From an uncultured Verrucomicrobiae bacterium (GTDB taxonomy: Bacteria; Verrucomicrobiota; Verrucomicrobiia; Chthoniobacterales; JAFAMB01), in contig CAWEXO010000011.1 in assembly GCA_963813025.1 (NCBI GenBank), positions 704,001-768,000 on the forward strand: DNA of 64,000 nucleotides, in the 5' to 3' direction. A model generated the notes under the pieces. The model was not told the DNA's origin. It saw nothing but the letters and a program-made list of their open reading frames with translations, and did no database searches. Each line of letters starts with the position of its first letter. Positions within the stretch are counted from its first letter, which is position 1. This document shows, in pieces, positions 50,595 through 59,965 of the stretch. Position numbers and translations under genes: made by a program.

Positions 50595-51739
50595 CCATTG
50601 GTCATCACCGTGGGCCGTATTCGCAGCATTGTCCGGCCGTAAGATTCCGCGCAAGCGAAGACCGCTTTATACACTTCGCAATAAGGGTCCTTGGCCATCA
50701 TCGTTCCAAGGGCACTGTAGGTTCGCACCGGGCAGCCGCCATGGCAGATCGAAAGATAGCGGCAGGAGAGGCAGTCTTCGTCTTGCACCAAGCGCTTCGG
50801 CCGTTCCACGAAATCTTGCCGCGCCCGGCTCGTTTTCAGCATGCGAGTGAGATCGGGTTCTTGAAAAACGTTGCCGAAAAAATATTCCGGATAGCTGGTA
50901 ACCCAGCAGTCGCACTGGGCAACTGTGCCTTTGGAGTCCACGGAAATAAATTGGTTGGAGCAGTTCTCCTTCCAGATGCAGGGAAGACGCGCCTCTTTAC
51001 CGGTGAAATGATTCATCAACCCGTCAAACGGGCCCGAGGGAAACGCCCTTCCCGTAGCCTCGCGCTATCCAGATATCGAAGAGCCCGACTAAAAAGGCGG
51101 CCAACTCGAGCATATCGAGCTTGAAATCGTCCTCGATTTGTTTTGCCGGACCACCGGGAAACGGGGTATTGACCTGGAAATCCGTCAGACCGAGTTCCTC
51201 GGTGTAATAACGGTAAAATTTTTCCGGACCTGCCTTCAGAGTGGCTTGGTGAAGCACGGCGATCACCCCGATCTCGATCCCGGCCGCTTTGGCCTCATGC
51301 AGCCTTTGTGTCCAGAGCTTGGTGTAGGCCTCCGCGCCGCCTCGGAAAAGCTTGCGATGAACATTGGGATAATCCATCGATGTTCCGAGTGAGCCGTTAA
51401 ACATCCCGTGGATCACGTCATTCCACGCGGGCGAGTAACTGATCAGATTCGTTTGCAGATAGTGAGAAAAGCGCCGTCCTCGCTTCGCGGCGGCGGAGTC
51501 CATAACCTCTCCCGCATGCGCGAACCAGTCGGGTCCCATGATCATCGCCTCGCCGCCCTGCCAGTAAATTTCGCACTCCTCGATGCGCTCTTTCTCCAAA
51601 TGGTCCAGCAAGCGCTTAGTCAACAGAGGGAACAGGCGGGTGACAGACGATGCGGCTCTTTGTGCTCAAAGCAGTAATCGCAAGCGACGTTGCATTCCGA
51701 CGTCGGAAGAAGAATGACGCTGAAAACTCGACCACTCAC
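50588..51739 (-). CDS. Radical SAM/SPASM domain protein, putative RiPP maturase (frameshifts near 51635 and 51028)
   Basis: Manual translation MSGRVFSVILLPTSECNVACDYCF (CxxxCxxC), YWQGGE, LQTN; SPASM CIWKENC...QCDC...CLSCRYLSICHGGCP...DPYC. Confidence 0.9.
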
Positions 51740-52635
51740 TGTGTATTTTGCCCCGCCCAGGTCGGGTTAGCTGGTTTGTCGAGGCGCAACCGGCCAGGTC
51801 TTCGACCGATCTCGTTTGCCGCCGCTTGAATGTCGGAAAAGAGCTCTTTTACTCCTTCACAGGAGTAAGCTGGATCCGGCCATTTGAAATAGCCGCGGCA
51901 TGGCTGTTGCCAGGGACAGGCCGCGCATTCAGCGTCCCTGTGCAAGGAGGCTGCTCAAGATGACTCTCGACAAATTCCGCGGGAGCGCCTCCGATTGGTC
52001 CGAACCGAGCCGGAGCGGGGCAACTTGGCCTGTCCATCGATATCGTACTGGAGAAAGAACGGCTGGATCTTCCTCGAGGATCATCCAGAGCGAGCCGGCG
52101 TCAGCGCCACGTAGGCGGTCGCGAGCAGCGAGTGGAAGAACTCCACCGGCGCCTCGACCGCCGGTTCATAAAGATAGAAGTCAGAGCTTCTTTGAGTTCG
52201 GTTAGGGTCGTCGGCGTATGGTTGACCCGGCAATATCCTCGGACTGGAAACCGCAAGGCTCCAGCGAGTTTGACCGCCTTGAGCAAACCGCGTCCAGCCG
52301 GGATGGTCACGCGGACGTCGTGGACTGCGCAGGCATCAACCAATCGGTAGAGGTCCGAAAACTCCGAAGCCGGGTCGGCCAGAACGATGTCAATGGAACG
52401 TCGGAGTCGCTGTGCGCCACCTCCGTCCAGGCATCCGAATCGCCCGACATCCCTTCGACCTGGAGCCACTCCAAACCGGGGAGCGGATCGCCGAGCCATC
52501 GGCAGAGTTCCTCTCGATTCCGGACAATGGCGACGAAGGGCAGATCACCTTGCGTTCTCCGCCAGAGCAGACGGCAAGATCTGAGAGGACGATGATGATC
52601 TTCCTCGGGCACGCAAATTCCAGAGGCTCACTCAC
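51736..52635 (-). CDS. SPASM-like Cys-motif partner protein lacking the SAM-binding motif (about 300 aa, several frameshifts)
   Basis: Fragments PFVAIVR, IVLADPASEFSDLY, VRVTIP..GLLKAVKLA, APVEFFHSLL, WMILEEDP, CAACPWQQPCRGYFKWPDPAYSC; GTGA overlaps at both ends. Confidence 0.65.
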
Positions 52636-52926
52636 CACCGATTGAGCCAGCTGCCCGCGACGTCGGCCACCCCAGCGGTTGATCCACCTACCCCGACGCC
52701 GAGGACCCCAGCGGTTGATCCATCCGCCGCGGCGAGGACCCCAGCGGTTGATCCAAACTCTGCGCATTGGCCTTCGGCGCGGAGGCAAGCCAAGCACGCC
52801 AGCCAGCCCGATCGCCGCAATCGCGGCCCCAGACCATTTTCCCATGCTCCGGAGAAATAGCCGCCTGTTCAGCGACTCTTTTTCGCTGTCGGAGCCTTCC
52901 GTTTCAGAAGAGGGTTGATTATTCAT
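52632..52926 (-). CDS. Putative RiPP precursor: Tat-type leader plus W-[IL]-N-R-W repeat core
   Basis: SLNRRLFLRSMGKWSGAAIAAIGLAG; three in-frame WINRWG repeats and a terminal SWLNRW-stop one base out of frame. Confidence 0.8.
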
Positions 52927-52946
52927 AACATTAAAGGGCGAGGTTC

Positions 52947-53454
52947 TTATTCTTCATCTTCAGTTCGGCGCCAGAATCGAAAAGTGCATGGCGGCGATAA
53001 GCCACTTTCCATTCTCTTTCGTGGCCGTAACCGACAGATTGAGCGGGAAGGTGAAATCTGTTTCCGTCCTTCTTTCCACTGACGTTGCCTGACGTCATCA
53101 TCCAACCCATGTCCGATCGCGAGTGCGCCGACGCTCGAACTCGTATTCGAAATTTTGTTCTCCAACGTCGAAGCCTTCAAAGAGATGTTCGATGGGCCGC
53201 TTTGAGTTCATCCGGACCCGACCAGATTTCCCCGGGACCGGTGCCCATCATGGCCGCTTTCTGGGAAAGGACAGCCATCACTCCATCCAGGTCGTGGTTT
53301 GTAAAAGCCGCGTCGTGCGCGTCGAGCAGAGCGCGAAGCGGCGCTAACTCGGGATTCTCCGGTTCTGCGTAGGCGTCTGCGCACTCGCAGCGCGAAGGGA
53401 CTGCGGCGGCGCGCTGCTTGCTGCGGCCACTGTAGTAGCTGCTGTTCGGTTCAT
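52947..53454 (-). CDS. NTF2/SnoaL-like protein (several frameshifts; ends approximate)
   Basis: LLDAHDAAFTNHDLDGVMA, MGTGPGEIWSG, FPLNLSVTATKENGKWLIAAMHFS. Confidence 0.7.
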
Positions 53455-53644
53455 AAGCATTGTACACTTGTAAGCGAAGGTAATCGCTCAACAAGAGCAA
53501 ACTGAGTTCTCGCGAGGTTCTGTTTTGAGCGGCCGTTCGCTCCCGGAGGTCATTTGAGAGGGCTGGATACTGGAATTGCCTCGCAATGGCGTCAAGGGCG
53601 CTTGCGGTGTCTGAATCGCGGCTAAGGACGTCGAGAATCTTATT

Positions 53645-54552
53645 TTAAGCGAATTTCCGTCCAGTGAGTTGCTCTAATACTCGCAGCGGCGAGCTCGTCT
53701 CATTGCGCAATTGTGCGACCGGAACAAGAAAGGTTTGTTCTAGCTGATACTGGCCGCGCATCGCGGCATGCGAAACCTGGTCAGTAAAGGCAAGCCAGGT
53801 GGAGCCAGCCGGAAAGTCCAGCTCGAATCTGTTCTACCTCGGTCTGGTAGCGATCATCCATCTTCATCCGGTTATGAAGTTCGAGCATGAGATGGTCATA
53901 TGAGTGTCCGCCGGCTTTTCGTGACGTGAAGGAGCCTCAGCATACTGCTGCTTCCAAAAACCGGCCGCCTGATCGAAGAAAAAAAACGCGCAGCCATCTG
54001 TTCGAAAGGTTCGCCAACCCGCCAAACGCGTCCTCGGCCAGAGGGATTGACGTTCGTAAAGACTCGTAAAATTCGTTTTCCGTGGGTGGGTGCGGATGGG
54101 AAACTATCGACATGCAAGCGGGTGTCATCCTTTCGCCACGACGTGGCGCGACCCTCAATCTGGATCGGACGGAAACTCGTCCGTGCCCGGATCAATCCAC
54201 TTTCATAGGGAGAAGCCAAGCGCAGGACGAGATCGCGGGCGAAATCGGCAAAACGCGCAATCATCTTGCGAAGAAGTTCGGCATTCGGCGCCGAGGCGGC
54301 TGTCCCGCGGAGCGTCCGACTGCGCGGATCGTAGCTCACGTTCTTGGCCTTGCCGACGATCGCCGGAGAGAAGAGGGCGCTTTCTTCATCCGTCACGGCA
54401 AATCGGTACTGCGGGAGAAAGAGGATCTTCCCGCTCTCTAAAGCGCTGATCGCGCGGTCGACCAGACCAGCAGGAGCAGACGAATCTTGCGGCTCAATTT
54501 CGATGAGCTCAAGAGGGCTCATGCTCAGCCTCGCGGAATCCGTCGCCTTCAT
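53645..54552 (-). CDS. Kdo hydroxylase family protein (KdoO-like; frameshifts near 53900 and 53830)
   Basis: SWRKDDTRLHVDSFPS.PT.G.RILRVFTNVNP; downstream frames give YDHLMLELHNRMK and FTDQVSHAAMRGQYQLEQTF. Confidence 0.85.
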
Positions 54553-54621
54553 TCAGGTTCATTTGATTTCCGCAGCGGTGGCAATCATCTCCTCTTCCGA
54601 AGATTACCCGAGGACAGAAAC

Positions 54622-55530
54622 CTATTTTACGTCCGAAGGTGCTCCGGAAGAAAGCGCGCGCTCCGGAGAACGGCGATTTCTCGGAGGAAGGTTCGGATCG
54701 AGAAAGCCCAAAGCGTGCGGCGGTTGGATGACGCGCACGCCCTCTTTGTGTTGCGTTTCCAGAATCGATTCATGGAACTGCTGCATCTTCGTCCAGTGCA
54801 GCTTCGGGCGAAAATGATGCTCCGCGTGGTAGCCATTATTGAACCAAAGCAGGTTGTACCATTTATCGTACGAGCTGACGCCCCAGGCGATTGGCTTGTC
54901 GGGATTGCCGCCGTAATGAAGAAAGTAACCGTTCAAATACGTGCAGCAATGTCCCAGATAATAGAATGGCAGAAAGAAGAGCCAAAATTTCCAGTTCAAC
55001 ACAAAGCCGATGGCAATGGTCAGGCCAAGAATCGCGATCTCAATTAGTCCCCATCGTGCGTCGACTGGGTTTTTCCGTTTGATTTCGGCATAAATGGTCT
55101 TTGGATCTTCGCGCAAATAGCTCAGGAAAATATAGCTCCAGGGATTCTCCGCTTCGCCGTTGTGCCCGTGGCGGTAAATCGAAATCCAGTCGTGTGTATG
55201 TCCATGCTCATCTGGGCGATCACTGTTCCCCATATGGTGCCGATGATGCACGTGCTTATAAAAGGTCTGAGAAATTCCGAGCGTAACCGACTCCATGATA
55301 CTGAAGAGTCGATTGAGGATCCTGGATTTAAAAAAAGGGTTGTGAATCAGGTTGTGCGAGACGCCGTTAATATTCCATGAAACGCTGACCGAATAGATCA
55401 ATCCGAGGCAAATCAGCAGCCACCAAGGTGCGTAGGGAAAGATGAAGAACAAAGTGACAACGTAGGCAAAGTGCAAAAGGCCGCAGGCGACACAAACTGC
55501 ATCCCATTTAGAGTACGAAAGGATTTTCAT
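54622..55530 (-). CDS. Fatty acid desaturase family membrane protein
   Basis: Three His boxes HNLIH, HHRHH, HAEHH. Confidence 0.85.
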   Translation of the reverse strand: MKILSYSKWDAVCVACGLLHFAYVVTLFFIFPYAPWWLLICLGLIYSVSVSWNINGVSHNLIHNPFFKSRILNRLFSIMESVTLGISQTFYKHVHHRHHMGNSDRPDEHGHTHDWISIYRHGHNGEAENPWSYIFLSYLREDPKTIYAEIKRKNPVDARWGLIEIAILGLTIAIGFVLNWKFWLFFLPFYYLGHCCTYLNGYFLHYGGNPDKPIAWGVSSYDKWYNLLWFNNGYHAEHHFRPKLHWTKMQQFHESILETQHKEGVRVIQPPHALGFLDPNLPPRNRRSPERALSSGAPSDVK

Positions 55531-55691
55531 AACGCAGAAATCAGCTCCTAGTGCAGAGAATTAGATCCCGTCGGGGTCGAAGGATGTCAAGCGTTGTCTT
55601 GCAAGCGATTGCCAAAGGACGGGTTTTGCAAAGACAGAGAGGTCAGGTTAAGGCATCGAACGAAGGACGTTTGAACGCTTAGGTATAGTGA

Positions 55692-56177
55692 GTGAAACAG
55701 AACGCACGCTTTGTTCGGATCGCCCTCCCGCTCAAGTTGATCGCTTTGGCTTGTGGATTGTCAGCCTGCGCCGGCACCGGACGAGTGGACGAACGCGACC
55801 GCGCAATCGACACTTACGTAGTAGATGCAAACGTCACGGGTCTTGCCGAAGCGCGTGCTCGCCGCTACTGGATGGAAAATTCGAACAGGTTTCCGCCAAC
55901 GCCCTACCTTGCGGTTGATGCGACTTTAGTGTTCCCCAGCGAAGTCCAGAATTTGTGGCCTAAGCTCATCAACTCAGAAACTACGGCCAGTTTTTTTGGT
56001 CATGGGCTGGAGTCCGGCTCCTACTCAGAGCTGCAACTTTATTGCGTGCTGATCTTTGATACTCGAACCAGACAGCTAGTAGGTAACCGGGGCTACCTCG
56101 TCGTCGACCTGCCTTCACGCGGAAGCGTGGCTCGGTTTGGTCCTTACCTAGCCAGATATATTAGTGCGGGCAGGTAA
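55692..56177 (+). CDS. Hypothetical lipoprotein (paralog A)
   Basis: Lipobox LSAC; strongly similar to next ORF. Confidence 0.7.
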   Translation: MKQNARFVRIALPLKLIALACGLSACAGTGRVDERDRAIDTYVVDANVTGLAEARARRYWMENSNRFPPTPYLAVDATLVFPSEVQNLWPKLINSETTASFFGHGLESGSYSELQLYCVLIFDTRTRQLVGNRGYLVVDLPSRGSVARFGPYLARYISAGR

Positions 56178-56267
56178 ACTGGACTTGAATTGGTGCTCCA
56201 AGTCCGCGAGTCATATTTCCAATTGAAAACGCGTCCAGGGGAGACACTGTGAGACGCTCATAACAGT

Positions 56268-56765
56268 GTGAATGTGAATTTTTTCAGGGTCATTTTGTTC
56301 CATCGAGCATGGCCAATTGTTGTGATGGCAACGATGGCCGCCTGTGCGGAACACGCTTACTCGCGAATCGACAACCGCGACTACGCGATCGACACCTATA
56401 TCCCGAAGCCGAACGTGGTGGCTGTCAGCGAAGCACGCGTCCGCCAATTTTGGGCGCGCAACGCGGCCAGATTCGGAGGGCAGCCTCCGTACCTGGCGGT
56501 TGACGCAACGTATGTTTTTCCGAGTGAAATCGTCCAGGATCTGTGGCCAAAGCTGATCAACTCCGAAACGACCAGCAGCTTTTTTGGGCATGGCCGGGAA
56601 CAGGGATCCTATCAAGGCCTGGATATGTATTGCGTAATGATCTTCGATACGCGAACCAACCGCTTTGTTAGTGATCAGGGTTTCGTTGCGGTCAATTTAC
56701 CGACTCGAGGAACCATCGCGAGATTTGGCCCTTATTTAGCCCGGTTCATCGGTACCGGACGGTGA
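56268..56765 (+). CDS. Hypothetical lipoprotein (paralog B)
   Basis: MAAC lipobox-like; shares YLAVDAT, LWPKLINSETT, IFDTRT, ARFGPYLAR with paralog A. Confidence 0.7.
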   Translation: MNVNFFRVILFHRAWPIVVMATMAACAEHAYSRIDNRDYAIDTYIPKPNVVAVSEARVRQFWARNAARFGGQPPYLAVDATYVFPSEIVQDLWPKLINSETTSSFFGHGREQGSYQGLDMYCVMIFDTRTNRFVSDQGFVAVNLPTRGTIARFGPYLARFIGTGR

Positions 56766-56892
56766 GAAATGTGGGCGCAGTCGAAAACGGGACCTTCCGC
56801 CTTTTTCAGGGCGAGGCGTTGTGCAAGACAATCTGTTGCTGGTCGTTTCATTTTGTCCCTCAAAAGGCTTAAGTTAGCGTTTGAGTTGATCC

Positions 56893-57657
56893 ATGCTGAC
56901 AAAACGCATCATACCTTGCCTCGATGTCACGGCCGGTCGAGTGGTCAAAGGCACCAAGTTCCTGCAGTTGCGCGACGCCGGTGACCCGGTCGAATGCGCG
57001 ATGGAGTACAATCGCCAAGGCGCTGATGAGCTGGTCTTTCTGGACATCACGGCATCTTCCGACGAGCGCCGAACAATGATCGAAGTCGTGGAGCGCACGG
57101 CGGAGCAATGTTTCATGCCGTTGACGGTGGGTGGAGGAATTCGCAAGGCGAGCGATGTGCGCGACATGCTCCTGGCTGGCGCGGATAAGGTCAGCATCAA
57201 CACCTCGGCAATCAATGATCCGCGGTTGATCAGCGAGGCGGCGGAAACTTTCGGTGTCCAATGCATTGTGGTAGCAATCGACGCGAAACGCACCGAGCCC
57301 GGCCAATGGCTGGTCTACACCCACGGCGGGCGCCGGCCGACCTCGCTCGATGCTGTGCGCTGGGCGCGCGAGGCCGAAGAACGCGGTGCCGGCGAAATTC
57401 TGTTGACCAGCATGGACGCGGACGGAACAAAGGACGGCTATGATCTCGGACTCACCGCTGCGGTGGCCGACAGCATTGGCATTCCGGTGATCGCGAGCGG
57501 CGGCGCGGGCACCCTGCAACATCTGGCCGATGTGCTCGTAACTGGGCACGCCGATGCGGTCTTGGCCGCCAGCATTTTTCATTTTGGCGAATACACGATT
57601 GGGGAAGCGAAAGCCTACTTGGCGGAGCGGGGGGTAGCGGTGCGGACTAGCGGATAG
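56893..57657 (+). CDS. hisF: Imidazole glycerol phosphate synthase subunit HisF
   Basis: [38 protein letters not shown]. Confidence 0.97.
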   Translation: MLTKRIIPCLDVTAGRVVKGTKFLQLRDAGDPVECAMEYNRQGADELVFLDITASSDERRTMIEVVERTAEQCFMPLTVGGGIRKASDVRDMLLAGADKVSINTSAINDPRLISEAAETFGVQCIVVAIDAKRTEPGQWLVYTHGGRRPTSLDAVRWAREAEERGAGEILLTSMDADGTKDGYDLGLTAAVADSIGIPVIASGGAGTLQHLADVLVTGHADAVLAASIFHFGEYTIGEAKAYLAERGVAVRTSG

Positions 57658-57726
57658 CGGACGGCCAATGGCCGATGGCCGACCGGCGATTGCGTCCGGG
57701 TGCTTGGCTGGGCTACCTTATTCCAG

Positions 57727-58182
57727 GTGAAGGAAATACTCGTCCCGGTCGACTTTTCGGACGTCACCATCAAGGTGGTCAAGGTGGCGGCGCATCTCGC
57801 GGAGCCGTTCAAAAGCCGGATTCTCTTGATGCATGTCGCGGAGACGGCTACGCCGATGGCCACAATCGGCGCCGCGCCGGATGTGGTGCCGGTCCCTCCG
57901 GCCACGGACAACGCGGTACGCTCCGATACCCATGAGCGCTTGGCGCGTCTAAAGGAGCTTTTCACTTCGGTCGGCCTGGAGTCATCAGTCATCGCTCTCG
58001 AGGGTCCGCCGATTGATCATATCATGGCGCAAGCCGAGGCGTCGCGCGTCGACCTCATTGTCCTCGGATCCCATAATCGGGGTCCGCTCTATCATCTCTT
58101 TGCCGGTGGCGTAATTGAAGGCATCCTGAAACGAGCTCGCTGCCCCGTGCTTATCGTGCCGTTGTCGGGAAACGCGCCGTGA
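57727..58182 (+). CDS. Universal stress protein
   Basis: ILVPVDFS, DLIVLGSH, CPVLIVP. Confidence 0.92.
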   Translation: MKEILVPVDFSDVTIKVVKVAAHLAEPFKSRILLMHVAETATPMATIGAAPDVVPVPPATDNAVRSDTHERLARLKELFTSVGLESSVIALEGPPIDHIMAQAEASRVDLIVLGSHNRGPLYHLFAGGVIEGILKRARCPVLIVPLSGNAP

Positions 58183-59183
58183 ATTTCGCTACCTTGCCCG
58201 GCCTCGCTGTCCTGAATCCACAAGGTCGTGATCCGGATCAGACATTCCTGGAAGGCCCGGGGGATCCGAATGGGGAGCAGCATCCTCCGATTAACTACCA
58301 TGGTTATGCGGCGTGTTCCGCCGGCGGCTTTTACCGCACGGTTTCCCTGGCCGCTCGGCACCGCAATGTCTTGCTCCTCCTTCGCCGTGATTTGGGCAGA
58401 GCGGCCCGTGCACTGGAGACCTTAAAAGAACATGGCTGTTTTGTGGCGATTGCTTTTAAGGAAGCGGGCGCCTTCCAGGTGGAAGCTAATCTCGGTCGCG
58501 TAGGGCATTACGAAAAATTCCGGCGGTTGGCTGCCCGGGCCGACCTCTGTCTCTCGAGCACGCCGGACTTGATTCCAATTTACGCGGCGGTTTGCCGTAA
58601 CGTGGCCTTTGTGCCAACACCCTACCCCTTGGATTTCGAGAGCTGGACCTTTGCGCGGGATCCGAGCGGGCGGCAGGGGATTTTTCTGGGCACTCGGGAA
58701 CTGGATGTCCCTTCACGTCATCACCTTCTTTTGCTCGCGGCCGCAAGAACTCTTCCCTACTCGCTGAGCGTGATTGGACCAGAACAGGGCCGGCTCACGC
58801 GCCTGGTAGAAAATCTCGGGTTTCCTGGCGACCATGTGAGAATACACCCGCACCTTGCGTATCTGGAGTATTTGCGCTTAATCGCGCAGCATCGGATCAT
58901 TTTCCAGTTCGATAGCAGTTTGGTGCCGGGACAAGTTGCGGGCGATGGAGCGCTCTGCGGTGTCCTGACAGTTGGTGGCAACGGGGCGATCGAGCGTTTG
59001 ATCTGTCCATTTCTAAATGGGCACAGCAAAGACTTCAACGAGCTCATCGAGCTGGCTCGGCGGCTGATGATTGATGAGCAGTTTTACCGCGAGCAGCTCC
59101 TGGTGATGGAAAGAAGCGCGCGGGACCTGATCAGCTTTCAGGCCGTGCGCGCGCTGCTGGCAAGCTTGTTTCCCGGGCTTTGA
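58179..59183 (+). CDS. Hypothetical protein, possibly GT-B glycosyltransferase-like
   Basis: 334-aa ORF with GTGA overlap; YLEYLRLIAQH, GQVAGDGALCG..VGG resemble a GT-B C-terminus. Confidence 0.55.
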   Translation: MNFATLPGLAVLNPQGRDPDQTFLEGPGDPNGEQHPPINYHGYAACSAGGFYRTVSLAARHRNVLLLLRRDLGRAARALETLKEHGCFVAIAFKEAGAFQVEANLGRVGHYEKFRRLAARADLCLSSTPDLIPIYAAVCRNVAFVPTPYPLDFESWTFARDPSGRQGIFLGTRELDVPSRHHLLLLAAARTLPYSLSVIGPEQGRLTRLVENLGFPGDHVRIHPHLAYLEYLRLIAQHRIIFQFDSSLVPGQVAGDGALCGVLTVGGNGAIERLICPFLNGHSKDFNELIELARRLMIDEQFYREQLLVMERSARDLISFQAVRALLASLFPGL

Positions 59184-59233
59184 GTTTGGGCGGTGCTTGA
59201 GCAAAGAGGGTGCCTCGCGGTGTCTTTTGCCCC

Positions 59234-59400
59234 TGTGCCGGTAGGGCGATCCGCCTTGGCGGACGAGCGCCAGGCGAGATCTTGTTTGATGTGTCCGCCA
59301 TAGCCTTGGCGAAGACGGAGCCGTCTTGGGAAGTGGCAACTCCGGCGTCCGGCTCAAACCAGTCTTCGCTAAAGCTCAGATAAATTTTCGCCCTGCCGAC
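59234..59400. repeat. REPIN-like palindrome (GTAGGGCGA family) with nested second REP type
   Basis: ccggtagggcga ... ccggctcaaaccagtcttcgctaaagctcagataaattttcgccctgccg matches the 953-1002 arm reversed; internal gtgtccgccatagc motif also at 63205-63238 and, inverted, at about 29684-29714. Confidence 0.8.
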
Positions 59401-59482
59401 GCAGGCCAGAAACACATGGCGAGACAACTGACAAATTTTCGGCCTACCAAAAACCGGCTCTCGGTTGTAATTTACTGCTTTC

Positions 59483-59947
59483 GTGGCCCACTCTTTACAC
59501 ATCCAATCTTCGCCGCTTGTTGAGTTAAATCTTGAGTCGATCCTGTCCCTGTTACGATCACGCGGGATGCGGATCACCAAGAGTCGCAAACAGGTTCTGG
59601 CCGCGCTGCTGCGAGCAAAACGGCCGGTCTCGCTGGACGAGATTCAGCACGGCTCAAGAACGACCGAATGCGCGCCTGATTACGTCACCGTTTTCCGGAT
59701 TCTGAGTCTGTTGCTCGAACTTGGCTTGGCCCAAAAGGTGAATTTAGGCAGATCGTGCAGTTATTTTGAGTTGATCGATCCGCAACAACACTACGACCAC
59801 ATCGTCTGCACCGAATGCGGGAAAGTAACGTTAATGGTCGACGCCTGTCCGGTGGAAAAGTTCGAGCGCAGCATCGAGAAACGTTACGGATACTCTGAAC
59901 TGCGGCATTCGCTCGAGTTTTTCGGAAAATGCCAGGAGTGCGTCTGA
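59483..59947 (+). CDS. Fur family transcriptional regulator
   Basis: GMRITKSR, TVFRIL, HYDHIVCTECG, GKCQEC. Confidence 0.9.
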   Translation: MAHSLHIQSSPLVELNLESILSLLRSRGMRITKSRKQVLAALLRAKRPVSLDEIQHGSRTTECAPDYVTVFRILSLLLELGLAQKVNLGRSCSYFELIDPQQHYDHIVCTECGKVTLMVDACPVEKFERSIEKRYGYSELRHSLEFFGKCQECV

Positions 59948-59965
59948 ACCGGAGCCGGCGGTCGG

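Noticed and set aside
52669..52755. Three 18-bp direct repeats with short spacers as a mini-CRISPR
   Set aside because: Repeats and spacers are too short, spacing is a multiple of 3, they encode WINRWG, and there are no cas genes
52390..52926. 178-aa ORF as a single fused protein
   Set aside because: Read-through is explained by one extra base before SWLNRW-stop; the downstream part belongs to the next gene
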